Shown: piece after piece, positions 45,917 through 54,941 of the stretch
Layout: the number at the start of each line of letters is the position of its first letter
Position numbering within the stretch: position 1 is the first letter of the stretch
NCBI GenBank assembly: GCA_003252195.1
Contig: QKFK01000141.1
Coordinates: forward strand, 1 to 54,941
Direction: 5' to 3'
Length of the DNA stretch: 54,941 bases
DNA from: Rhodospirillales bacterium
GTDB taxonomy: Bacteria > Pseudomonadota > Alphaproteobacteria > QKFK01 > SZUA-500
The notes under the pieces: generated by a model
Databases searched by the model: none
Seen by the model: only the letters and a program-made list of their open reading frames with translations
What the model was told of the DNA's origin: nothing
Program-made: the position numbers and the translations under genes

Positions 45917-47120
45917 AATTAAACTACCTACAAATGTTATAAAAAAGGTCACTAAAAGTGGGACATACCTCTATTGGGTTGCACCAAAAAAAGATGTGTA
46001 CCAAGGTTTTAAAGCGAAAAGTTGCCGACTACCAGACGACAAGTTTTCTATGAACAAAATGGCTCATGAATTAAATCTAGAACTTGAAGAATTTAGAAAT
46101 CAAGATACTTTTTGTTTAGTTGGTGATGTTTTAACCAAAAATCCAACTTTTCAGAATGTTATAGATTGGTTTAAAACAACTGCTGAATTCACTACATCCA
46201 TAGAAGAAAAGACCAGAAAAGACTACATATACAGCCTAAATAGATTTTTAGACACACAAGTTCCGTGGAGAAACAACAATACAATTTCAGAGATTAGAGT
46301 TACTTCATTTGTTCCTGGCGAAGCATTAAGAATGAAAAACCTATTACTACAAAATTGCTTGTCAGGATCTGGTGAAATACAAACGAACAGAATTCTGGCA
46401 ATTGCAAACAGAGCTTTAAATCTAGCAGAAGATTTTGATGTTATAGAAAGCAATCCATTCAAAAAGGTAAAGAATTTTAGAGAAAACACGCGTAGTAGAT
46501 TTGACGAAAGTACAATTTTTACGAAAGATGATATTGATAAATTAGTATATTGCTCTGACAATAATGGATACCATGAATTATCATTAGCAATATTGCTGGC
46601 AAACCACCTGTGTCAACGTATGGGGGATGTTGTAAATAGCATAAAAAAATCATCCATTAAAAACAACTTTGATACAATTGAGTTCATCCAAAACAAGACA
46701 AAGAAGCATGATACTCACCCTCGTATTTTCCCATTAAAAACTCCAGGTGGAAAAGAAATATTCCCAGACCTGCTACCAAGGATAAAAGAAATGTTTTATC
46801 TGCATAATTTAGACACATTAATAGCCTATAAAAGTAAACATAGCGGAGAATATATTAAATACAATACAGACCTCGTACGCAAGCATTTCCATAAAGTACG
46901 TAAAATAGCTGGTGTATCAGAGGCAAAGAAATTCATGCATTTCAGATCAAGTGGTTTAACTGCTATGGCAAAATGTGGTTGCGACCAACAAATGTTGTTA
47001 AACTACTCAGGACACAAATCTATTAAAATGCTTGATAGATATGTTAAATCAGACACGTCGCAAACCATTCTTGGAGCAATGAAACGATTTCACCCTGAAA
47101 GGCTAAACGACGAGGTATAG
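45909..47120 (+). CDS. int: Tyrosine site-specific integrase
   Basis: C-terminal catalytic region MHFRSSGLTAMAKCG...LLNYSGHKSIKMLDRYV (HxxR ... GH ... Y). Lies adjacent to the tRNA attachment site. Confidence 0.85.
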   Translation: MSKIKLPTNVIKKVTKSGTYLYWVAPKKDVYQGFKAKSCRLPDDKFSMNKMAHELNLELEEFRNQDTFCLVGDVLTKNPTFQNVIDWFKTTAEFTTSIEEKTRKDYIYSLNRFLDTQVPWRNNNTISEIRVTSFVPGEALRMKNLLLQNCLSGSGEIQTNRILAIANRALNLAEDFDVIESNPFKKVKNFRENTRSRFDESTIFTKDDIDKLVYCSDNNGYHELSLAILLANHLCQRMGDVVNSIKKSSIKNNFDTIEFIQNKTKKHDTHPRIFPLKTPGGKEIFPDLLPRIKEMFYLHNLDTLIAYKSKHSGEYIKYNTDLVRKHFHKVRKIAGVSEAKKFMHFRSSGLTAMAKCGCDQQMLLNYSGHKSIKMLDRYVKSDTSQTILGAMKRFHPERLNDEV

Positions 47121-47281
47121 ATTTTTTTGTGGAAAAAAGAATCTCAATTGATTATAATGTTGAGTTATCGAAAAGACTTTTTAGCAACATTAGTGACTAA
47201 AGAAAGATTCGGAAATTTTTGGAAAAATAAGGGCTTTGATTTGATAGAAAATAAAAATAACAATATAAATCAAAGGATTAG

Positions 47282-47357
47282 TGGTGCCGACACACGGACT
47301 CGAACCGCGGACCCACTGATTACAAATCAGTAGCTCTACCAACTGAGCTATGTCGGC
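47282..47357 (-). tRNA. tRNA-Thr (anticodon UGU), 76 nt with encoded CCA
   Basis: The reverse complement reads GCCGACATAGCTCAGTTGGTAGAGCTACTGATTTGTAATCAGTGGGTCCGCGGTTCGAGTCCGTGTGTCGGCACCA. It has a 7-bp acceptor stem, anticodon loop TTTGTAA and a TTCGAGT T-loop. Confidence 0.9.
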
Positions 47358-47432
47358 ACTTGAGGAGATATATAAAATATATTTTCACCTCTTGCAAGAG
47401 TTTTTTTATATATTTTGTAATTATTTTTAATT

Positions 47433-49403
47433 TTATATATTTTCACCGTTTGATTGCTCTGACACAGAGGCTATAACAGTGCCTTTAACACCTAGTTTAT
47501 TCATTAACGAAATAACATCTTCGCCATTTTCAGGGTAATGGACTATTGAGCATTTAGTTTTAACTACAATACCAGTAACAGAACCAGCATCTATTGGCTG
47601 TTCCATATACAGAGAGGCAACATTAGCAATATTACCAACCTCCTCTGCATTATTAGCGCCTTCAACAATAACTATAAAACCATTACCAAGCCTTCCTACA
47701 AAATCGCTTTTCTTAAAGCTATTTCTAAGCCTATTCGCACAGCTAATAATTACATCATCACCAACTTCATATCCATATTTATCATTAACATAAGACAACC
47801 CGTCTAACGAGAAATATATTAAAGAAAATTTGCTATCATCAACCACAAATTTATCTACAGAACGCTTAAATCTTTCTTCAAACATCAATTTATTAGGCAA
47901 CCCAGTCAATGGATCTTGATAATACATTTTTGAAACATCATTTGTAACATCAACATCACTATTAACCAAATGAGCTATCTCGACTAAATACATGCACCCC
48001 TTAACATTAACCATATTTAACTGCACGTTACTTAAAACCGCAATTCCCTGCCTATCCCTTTTCCAGATTTCTCCTTCCCATACATAATTGCGCATACCTG
48101 ACTTTATGTATTCGTCATATTTTATTTTTTCTCCAGATCTCGCACAGAAATCATGAATGTATTTACCGACCACCTCTTTGGAATAATACCCCATTAAATT
48201 ATAAAAAGATTTATTAACGCTAATTATACGCCCATTTTTGTCGGCAATTACAATTGTATCCCTCGTTGCATTATTAACGATTGACATCAATTTACCATAA
48301 CGAGTATTAATCAGGAACTGAGACCTTATCATTGATATAAGAACAGAGAATATCAATACAAAACCAGATAGAACCCTATCTAACATTAACGTTCCACGAC
48401 TTGCTTTATCAACTATATCATTTATTCTATCTTTTGGCACCGAGGTATAAACCACCCATCTGGTTTCAACATTATTTTTCCTTAAATCATCTCTTATTGA
48501 AATAATTTTACTAAAATTACTATCGTGCTTTTCTCTTAAATCTTCTATCAAGCGCTCCTTAAAGCCTGAAAACGGCTCTATAGAATGATAATTATACAAA
48601 TCATTATGTATAAATGAGCGACCACTATCTCCATTAAACAGAGACCACAAAGTAGCATCTTCTTTATATAAATTCGACTTATGAGGCAAAGACATCCCCC
48701 ATTCTTTTCCTTGGTCAGAATTTATAAGCCAATAACCATTCCTATCTACAAAATAGCCATCCCCGTAAGATGATTTCAAAATTCTTACCACATCGTTTAA
48801 ATAGTTCTTACCTAAATAATTAAGAACAAGCACCCCTTTAAGAACACCGCTAGATGAAAGCAACGGCGCAACAGCTCTTAAAACAGGCTTATGAGGAATT
48901 TCAACTTTTTTATGCTCAATGTTAAGATCAAAGAATGATATATAGATATCCCCTTCTGATAACTCCATTCCTCTAACAACATAGTCTCTATCTATCTTAT
49001 TCTGCAATTCATCAGACTTAACAAGATAAGATGTTCTTTCAGGTGATAAATTGACCCTTATTTTCTCCATACCTTTAGCATCTATATATCTTATTTGATC
49101 ATACATTCCATAATATTCTGAAAAATACAGCCATTCATTAGTCAGAGCCTTATAACTAGAACCATTTTCTATGTAATCATTCAAATGCTTTGACGACATA
49201 AGAAATCTAATATCATTATACAAATTAGTAAATCGATGTTCAGAAGCTTCAAACACTGAATTAACTACTGATTTTTCATTAAGTGATATTTTTTCTATTT
49301 GAGAATTGCGCAAATTATCGTATATATGCCTAAAAATTAACTCTTTAGTTGCATACATAAGAATAAAACTAACCAAGAAACAAAGCGCTATACTTTTTTT
49401 CAT
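47433..49403 (-). CDS. Membrane sensor protein (periplasmic Cache-like domain, PAS, degenerate GGDEF domain)
   Basis: DPLTGLPNK and GYEVGDDV are present, but the GG(D/E)EF position reads RLGNGFIV. The ATG at 49403 (MKKSIALCFLV) is more likely the start than GTG 49457. Confidence 0.65.
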   Translation of the reverse strand: MKKSIALCFLVSFILMYATKELIFRHIYDNLRNSQIEKISLNEKSVVNSVFEASEHRFTNLYNDIRFLMSSKHLNDYIENGSSYKALTNEWLYFSEYYGMYDQIRYIDAKGMEKIRVNLSPERTSYLVKSDELQNKIDRDYVVRGMELSEGDIYISFFDLNIEHKKVEIPHKPVLRAVAPLLSSSGVLKGVLVLNYLGKNYLNDVVRILKSSYGDGYFVDRNGYWLINSDQGKEWGMSLPHKSNLYKEDATLWSLFNGDSGRSFIHNDLYNYHSIEPFSGFKERLIEDLREKHDSNFSKIISIRDDLRKNNVETRWVVYTSVPKDRINDIVDKASRGTLMLDRVLSGFVLIFSVLISMIRSQFLINTRYGKLMSIVNNATRDTIVIADKNGRIISVNKSFYNLMGYYSKEVVGKYIHDFCARSGEKIKYDEYIKSGMRNYVWEGEIWKRDRQGIAVLSNVQLNMVNVKGCMYLVEIAHLVNSDVDVTNDVSKMYYQDPLTGLPNKLMFEERFKRSVDKFVVDDSKFSLIYFSLDGLSYVNDKYGYEVGDDVIISCANRLRNSFKKSDFVGRLGNGFIVIVEGANNAEEVGNIANVASLYMEQPIDAGSVTGIVVKTKCSIVHYPENGEDVISLMNKLGVKGTVIASVSEQSNGENI

Positions 49404-49528
49404 TAATAAACCCTGTAAAAAAACTCCTATGATTGTAGCACCATTTAACAAACACACATATTATTAATAAGTATTAATATATAGACTTATTATTAAGGTA
49501 GTTTTCTATTTATAGTAGATAAAATAAA

Positions 49529-49558
49529 CAAAAAAGGCAGTCCCAACAAAGACTGCCT
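49529..49558 (-). terminator. Rho-independent terminator after the ADH gene (bidirectional shape)
   Basis: aggcagtc (49535-49542) pairs with gactgcct (49551-49558). A/T runs flank both sides. Confidence 0.75.
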
Positions 49559-49578
49559 TTTCATATCTAACAAAATGC

Positions 49579-50730
49579 TTATTGTGCAAAAGTAAATATC
49601 TGTTTTATCTTTTCTGGTGTTATATCACCATTCTCGCCTAATTTTCTTCCTCTTTGTTCAAAAATTGGCGCAATAAAGAAGCAATCTTCTTTTTTGATGC
49701 CGTAATCTGAAAGCTTAGTTTTCATACCAAGCTCATTAAAGAAAGCCTCTGTTTTAACAATAGCAATATCAGCAGCTTTATCATCATCGCCTTCAACCAC
49801 ATCAAGAACTCTTCTGGCATAATTAGCGAGCTTAGTTTTTTTACCTTCTTTTTGCACCTGCCATAAAGCTGGCATTACAACAGCCAATGTTTGCCCATGA
49901 TCTAGACCAAATTTTGCTGTAAGCTCATGTCCAATAGCATGTGTTGCCCAATCTTGAGGCACTCCACAAGCTATCATTTTATTAAGCCCATGAGTAGCCG
50001 CCCACATTATATTAGCCCTAGTATCATAATCATTTGGGTTTTTAAGAACCTTTTTACCCTCTTCTATAAGAGTTTTTAATATTGCCTCTGCTTGCCTATC
50101 TTGCAATGGAGCATTAACATCATATGTCATATATTGTTCCATAACATGAACAAACGCATCTACAACACCATTAACAGTTTGTTTTGTTGGCAATGAGAAA
50201 GTCGCTTGAGGATCCATAATTGAGAAAACAGGAAACACAGCATTATTACAAAAAGAAAGCTTAAGCCCTTTTTCTCTTCTAGACACAACAGCGTTATTAT
50301 TCATCTCCGTGCCAGTAGCAGGAAGAGTAAGCACACAACCTAAAGGAAGTGCTTTATTAAAAGGAGTTGCTTTTTCTAAAATATCCCAAGCATCACCATC
50401 AAACAGAGCTCCAGCGGCAATGAATTTGGAAGCATCAACAACAGAACCTCCACCAACAGCTAGAATAAAATCAACTTTTTCATTCTTTGCCAAATCAATA
50501 GCCTTTTTACATGTTTCATACTCAGGATTAGGCTCTATACCAGAAAATTCAATCACATCAAAATCAGCTGTTGCTTTTTTCACCTGATCATACACTCCAT
50601 TCTTTTTAATTGAACCACCACCATATGTCATAAGAATCTTTTTACCCTTTGGTAGCAAGTCAGATAATGCAGCGATTTGATCTTTACCAAAAACAACTTC
50701 AACAGGATTTTTATATGAGAAATTAAACAT
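49579..50730 (-). CDS. yqhD: Iron-containing NADPH-dependent alcohol/aldehyde dehydrogenase, YqhD-like
   Basis: Collinear by eye with E. coli YqhD: YGGGSIKKNG, GIEPNPEYET, AVGGGSVVDASKFIAA, CVLTLPATGTE, NGVVDAFVHVMEQY and VPQDWATHAIGHELTA. Confidence 0.8.
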   Translation of the reverse strand: MFNFSYKNPVEVVFGKDQIAALSDLLPKGKKILMTYGGGSIKKNGVYDQVKKATADFDVIEFSGIEPNPEYETCKKAIDLAKNEKVDFILAVGGGSVVDASKFIAAGALFDGDAWDILEKATPFNKALPLGCVLTLPATGTEMNNNAVVSRREKGLKLSFCNNAVFPVFSIMDPQATFSLPTKQTVNGVVDAFVHVMEQYMTYDVNAPLQDRQAEAILKTLIEEGKKVLKNPNDYDTRANIMWAATHGLNKMIACGVPQDWATHAIGHELTAKFGLDHGQTLAVVMPALWQVQKEGKKTKLANYARRVLDVVEGDDDKAADIAIVKTEAFFNELGMKTKLSDYGIKKEDCFFIAPIFEQRGRKLGENGDITPEKIKQIFTFAQ

Positions 50731-50804
50731 TAAACAGCCCTTTGTTTGATAAGTTAAAACTATATATCTAACTAGTTTATAAAAACATATATTACAACCC
50801 CAAA

Positions 50805-50834
50805 CACAAAAAAAGTGGGCAAGTTAGCCCACTT
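50805..50834 (-). terminator. Rho-independent terminator after pepF (bidirectional shape)
   Basis: aagtgggc (50813-50820) pairs with gcccactt (50827-50834). An A-run lies upstream and a T-run downstream. Confidence 0.75.
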
Positions 50835-50856
50835 TATTTTTTACATAATAGCAAAA

Positions 50857-52719
50857 TTACTTTCTACCATTTTGTTTTAACTTAGATATTACGATAGCTT
50901 CGTTTTTAACTGAAGATTTATTTTTAGGTTTCGTTAGACCTAAATCCTCTGATATTTTTTCCATATCATCAACAAATCCTTTAAGAACACCTAAGCCTTT
51001 ATTCCAAAAGTCTGGTTTTGAAGCATCTAGCCCAAACGGCTTAAGCATATCTTTATAGCCTTCTGAACCACCCTTAGATAGCATGTCAACATACTTGTCT
51101 TGGAAGTTATCAACCTTCTTCTCTTCATAAACCTTATACATTGAGTTAACCAAGCAATCTGCAAACGAATATGCATAAACATAAAAAGGTGTATGAACAG
51201 CGTGAGGCAACTGAGCCCACATATGACTTGAGTTATCATCATAATTCACTTTTGGACCAAGATAAGCTTGCATTTTATCTTTCCAAATTGCTGAAATATC
51301 TTTACTCTCTAACTCACCTTCTTTTCTTTTGTTATGAACTTCTGTCTCATACTCATGGAAAGCAATTTGACGCATTGCAGTATTAATCATATCTGCTGAT
51401 TTACCAGCTAGTAATGCAAGACGCGCTTTAGGATCAGTTTCTTTTGCTAACAAAGACTTAAATGTAAGCATCTCACCAAAAATAGAGGCTGTTTCAGCCA
51501 ATGTAAGTGGAGTGTCTGCCATTAAGGCCCCCTGCTCACGTGATAAGTACTGGTGAATTCCATGCCCTAATTCATGAGCCATAGTACTAACATCATTTGC
51601 AGTACCTTGGAAATTAAGCATTACATAAGGGTGAGCCTTAGGGTTACATGGCATAGCATATGCACCAGATTCTTTACCTTTTCTTGGACCACCATCGATC
51701 CAATTATTGTCGAAGAATTTTTGAGCAATCTCTGACATTTCAGGAGAAAACTCTCTATATGCATCAAGCACAATTTTTTTAGCTTCATCCCATGAGTATT
51801 TTTTATCACTACCAAAAGGAAGTGGAGCATTTCTATCCCAATATTCAAGCTTATCTAAACCAAGCCATTCTGCTTTCATGTCATAAAAACGATGAGATAT
51901 ATCAGCATAATTGTTCTTTACAGAGGTTGCTAAAGCCTCAACAACTTCGTCTTCAACATTATTAGATAGGTTTCTAGCTGAAACAGGCTTATCAAATTTG
52001 TGCCATTTATCATCAACATCTTTGCTCTGAGCTACTGTATTTGTCACAATAGTAAACAAATATTCATTTTGCTTTGTAACTCTATTTATTTCTTTACCAG
52101 CCTTTGCTCTTACCTCTGGGTCTGATGAGTGGAAGAATTCATCCATCTCAGCATCGGCATATTCTTTACCATCTATATTAAAAGTCATATTGGCTCTTGC
52201 TTCATCATAAATTCTTACAATCACGCCTGAACCAGTTTTATTTTTGTCAATTTCAAATTTTGTCATCTCATCACTAAGTTGATGAGGCTTCATTTTACGG
52301 ACTTCTTCTAAATAAGGTTTATATTTTGCGACATCTTTGTGCTTTAAGAAATCTTGAAATTTATCATCAGGAATGTCGTTTATTTCCAAATTAAAAAATA
52401 CATATTTAGAATAATCATCTGTCATTTTATCTTCAGAATCTTTAACAAACTTTTTAATTGGACTGTTATCAAGGTTTGTTGTGTATAAGAGCCCTGAATA
52501 CGATCCAATTTTTTGAATAGTATCCATATTATCCTCATATACTTTAAGCATTTTAGCAAATTCTTCAGGAGATAGGCTAGTAAGTTTGCCTTTATACTCT
52601 TTTTCAAATCTATCAGCATTTTTGCCAACAGAAATCAAATCTTGTTTAAACTCTTTAGAATCGTGCGATGGATATAAATCTGTTAAATCCCATGTAGGCA
52701 AAGCTTTTTCTTGTGTCAT
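50857..52719 (-). CDS. pepF: M3-family oligoendopeptidase F
   Basis: HELGH zinc motif (MAHELGHGIHQY). The ATG at 52719 (MTQEKALPTWDL) has a GGGGGA RBS and is preferred over 52767. Confidence 0.8.
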   Translation of the reverse strand: MTQEKALPTWDLTDLYPSHDSKEFKQDLISVGKNADRFEKEYKGKLTSLSPEEFAKMLKVYEDNMDTIQKIGSYSGLLYTTNLDNSPIKKFVKDSEDKMTDDYSKYVFFNLEINDIPDDKFQDFLKHKDVAKYKPYLEEVRKMKPHQLSDEMTKFEIDKNKTGSGVIVRIYDEARANMTFNIDGKEYADAEMDEFFHSSDPEVRAKAGKEINRVTKQNEYLFTIVTNTVAQSKDVDDKWHKFDKPVSARNLSNNVEDEVVEALATSVKNNYADISHRFYDMKAEWLGLDKLEYWDRNAPLPFGSDKKYSWDEAKKIVLDAYREFSPEMSEIAQKFFDNNWIDGGPRKGKESGAYAMPCNPKAHPYVMLNFQGTANDVSTMAHELGHGIHQYLSREQGALMADTPLTLAETASIFGEMLTFKSLLAKETDPKARLALLAGKSADMINTAMRQIAFHEYETEVHNKRKEGELESKDISAIWKDKMQAYLGPKVNYDDNSSHMWAQLPHAVHTPFYVYAYSFADCLVNSMYKVYEEKKVDNFQDKYVDMLSKGGSEGYKDMLKPFGLDASKPDFWNKGLGVLKGFVDDMEKISEDLGLTKPKNKSSVKNEAIVISKLKQNGRK

Positions 52720-52802
52720 ATATTCCCCCATAAAAAAACAACAAAATATTTTGTCTATTTTATACAACTTTTTTTAAATTTAGACAAGCAAAAATATTAT
52801 AA

Positions 52803-52994
52803 CTACAAATCAGAAATCACCTTATCAAAAAACTTTTCCGCCTCTTCTAATGTTTTAAACTCTTGCCCCAAGACACGATTATCTTTGTCCATAACCACAT
52901 AACAAACACGTACTATTCTCATATATTCGTCTGGAACAGTACTCTTACACAAAGAGCAACCCTTTTTAGATTTCACAACATTATACTTAGGCAT
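52803..52994 (-). CDS. Hypothetical 63-aa protein
   Basis: Overlaps the stop of the upstream kinase-like gene by 8 nt. No motif recognised. Confidence 0.4.
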   Translation of the reverse strand: MPKYNVVKSKKGCSLCKSTVPDEYMRIVRVCYVVMDKDNRVLGQEFKTLEEAEKFFDKVISDL

Positions 52995-53580
52995 TATTTA
53001 TTTTACCCCTCTTATCAGCGATTATTTTGATAACATTGTCAAAAACCATATTAGCATCCCCATTCGCATCTACTATAGCCCACCCCTCATATGAATCGGG
53101 TACATTAATCACATGTTTTTCTAAAACTTCAATATTACCATCTGAAGCATGACCCATATATTCACTTTGAATTACACCAGAGGCTTTTTCATCTAAACGT
53201 TTTACAATTCTTCTTTTAACCTCACTAATCTCAACATCCAACCAGATTGGTTTTAACTCTGAATTGATTTGTTTTGCAAAATCTTTAATGCCATCTCTAT
53301 ATTCTTTTATCCAAAATCCCATTGGTATAACTACAACAACGCCCTCTTTAACGTAACGCTCTGCTTTTTGATAGCATATATCCATCACTTCTTTATTAAT
53401 TTCTTGCGTATAATCTTTTTGTGTCGTGAGGTAATCAATCGAGTATCCCAGATATTTTCTCCTTTCTATATCGTTATCTACAACTTCTGCCATAACAGAT
53501 GATGTTATAAGATATTTTTGGATTTTATATGCTAAGGTTGTCTTTCCGGCTCCAACAGCACCACCTATTGCTATAATCAT
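52987..53580 (-). CDS. P-loop NTPase / small-molecule kinase-like protein
   Basis: The N-terminal Walker A IIAIGGAVGAGKTT is followed immediately by a helix. 197 aa. Confidence 0.55.
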   Translation of the reverse strand: MIIAIGGAVGAGKTTLAYKIQKYLITSSVMAEVVDNDIERRKYLGYSIDYLTTQKDYTQEINKEVMDICYQKAERYVKEGVVVVIPMGFWIKEYRDGIKDFAKQINSELKPIWLDVEISEVKRRIVKRLDEKASGVIQSEYMGHASDGNIEVLEKHVINVPDSYEGWAIVDANGDANMVFDNVIKIIADKRGKINNA

Positions 53581-53675
53581 TTTAATAACTACCTTACCTA
53601 TATGAAAATAGTTTATAATAAACCCTTGGGTGTATTACGAACATCGATTTATAACCATTATTTATTGTAAAACAA

Positions 53676-54941
53676 ATGACATTTACAAAACGAACCATAG
53701 TTTATTTTATTATTCTATTGTCATGCTTAATGCTTGGCAAGAGCCTCATATTTAAAAAAATAATCTCTAATATTGAGGAAAATTCTATAAACTCAATTAG
53801 AAGACAAGAGATAAATCTAACCAGTGAAATAGCAAGAGATGTAGAAAGTGAATTTAGCAGGCTTTATAATGACATTGAATACATAGCTAACAGCCCTTGC
53901 TCGGCCAATAGTACTAGCACTGAGATTAATACAAATGCCTTTAGAGAGATGATGAAGTCATATCTTAGCTTCTATGATTTTTATCGCAAAGCCAGTATAT
54001 TTGATACAAATGGAATAGAAATAATTTCAATAGAATCTGCAAATGGAATCAGCAAAGAAACTCCAAATACAAAACTTAGAAACCTTTCTAAAGATGCTTT
54101 CTTCATTAACTCATTAAAAAACAAACGCAAAGATATTCTCATATCTAACATAATATACGACAACAATTCTAACGGATATGCGCAATCATCAATAGATATA
54201 TCAGCTCCTATATTTAACAAAGATAATAAAAAAATGGGGATTGTGGTTCTAACCTACAACTTCCAAGAAGTTATTCAATTAATATTATCTCAATACAAGC
54301 TATCATACGGTAGCGGTCAAACTATAGATGAGGACGGATACTGGATTACAAGTAGCAAAAACGAAAATGCCAACAATAGTATAAACATTAATTTTAAAGA
54401 AGAAAACAGCACCGTATTTTCTTTATTTTCCAGACCTAATGGACAAACATTTCACAATGGCAAACTATATACCTTCAATGAAATTCTACCATTTAGAAGA
54501 ATTCTAGAAAAATCAAAGAAAGACAAATGGAGCGAGCCAATGACCATGGCAATGGCTGATGAAATCGCCAAAAAAGCTGGTATGAGCACAAGATGGATAT
54601 CTTACACAGAAGTGAGCCAAGGTAAAATATATGCAACAATTGAGAAAAACCTAAATGATATTGATTACGCAGAAAGAATCGTAAATTATGCAATTATATT
54701 ATTAGCCATTACTATATCTATGTTATGGACAAGACGAGATATTGATGCTCAAAATGTCGAGCTACATGCTGTAGTTAGAGAAGTTACTAATGACTCTGTT
54801 GTTATAACAGATAAAAAAGGATTTATAATATCCAGTAACAGAGCTTTCACTCAAATGATGGGATACTCGCCGAAAGAAGCTGAAGGATTAACTTTTGATA
54901 AGTTTTATGCAAACAAAAGTGACATAGCTAGAAAAAAAGAC
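53676..54941 (+). CDS. Partial (3'-truncated) membrane sensor protein, paralog-like to 47433-49403 (Cache-like domain, TM helix, start of PAS)
   Basis: The frame is open from ATG 53676 to the window end (422 codons) and is absent from the ORF track. It has an N-terminal TM helix, a second TM helix (YAIILLAITISMLW), then VITDKKGFIISSNRAFTQMMGYSPKEAEG (PAS-like). Confidence 0.7.
   Translation, partial: MTFTKRTIVYFIILLSCLMLGKSLIFKKIISNIEENSINSIRRQEINLTSEIARDVESEFSRLYNDIEYIANSPCSANSTSTEINTNAFREMMKSYLSFYDFYRKASIFDTNGIEIISIESANGISKETPNTKLRNLSKDAFFINSLKNKRKDILISNIIYDNNSNGYAQSSIDISAPIFNKDNKKMGIVVLTYNFQEVIQLILSQYKLSYGSGQTIDEDGYWITSSKNENANNSININFKEENSTVFSLFSRPNGQTFHNGKLYTFNEILPFRRILEKSKKDKWSEPMTMAMADEIAKKAGMSTRWISYTEVSQGKIYATIEKNLNDIDYAERIVNYAIILLAITISMLWTRRDIDAQNVELHAVVREVTNDSVVITDKKGFIISSNRAFTQMMGYSPKEAEGLTFDKFYANKSDIARKKD

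Larger units (their letters stand above)
23106..47326. mobile_element. Integrative mobilizable element (~24.2 kb) inserted in tRNA-Thr(UGU)
   Basis: 45-bp direct repeats at both ends. A tyrosine integrase plus AlpA/Xis sit next to the intact tRNA, and mobC plus a relaxase sit at the other end. No phage structural genes and no T4SS genes. Confidence 0.85.

Noticed and set aside
23106-47357. Prophage
   Set aside because: There are no capsid, tail, terminase, portal or lysis genes. Relaxase and MobC are present, so the region was called an integrative mobilizable element instead.

Overview
AT-rich bacterial window (lipoboxes suggest a Gram-negative host; the taxon cannot be determined from sequence alone). 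Almost all of it is accessory DNA.

(1) 1-22.5 kb is a defence island. It holds a frameshifted hipA and a two-reverse-transcriptase DRT3-like module whose first gene starts 3 nt after the stop of a type III-like Res gene. The Mod/Res operon is expanded to nine tightly coupled genes: HTH, SNF2/PLD-like helicase, DUF4391-like, HEPN/Abi_C-like, orf95, Mod, orf344, Doc, Res. Two divergent helicase-nuclease genes follow.

(2) 23106-47357 is a ~24.2 kb integrative mobilizable element in tRNA-Thr(UGU), bounded by a 45-bp direct repeat. It carries:
- mobC/relaxase and Xis/Int
- a GmrSD-like DUF262/DUF1524 gene plus a complete type I R-M, together enclosed by ~130-bp inverted repeats
- a PrrC/RloC-like ABC ATPase
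- lipoproteins and ORFans
- a 700-bp non-coding stretch packed with structured repeats

(3) 47.4-54.9 kb is core-like: degenerate GGDEF sensor paralogs, YqhD-like ADH, PepF and a P-loop kinase.

The least explained signals are:
- a two-locus family of tandem covarying hairpin repeats, each followed by a terminator (sRNA-like)
- a phased array of six TAACA-N6-TGTTA palindromes
- a terminator/antiterminator leader
- the inverted-repeat-bounded R-M cassette
- toxin-type genes nested inside the R-M operons

All functional calls come from motif reading by eye. No database search was run.
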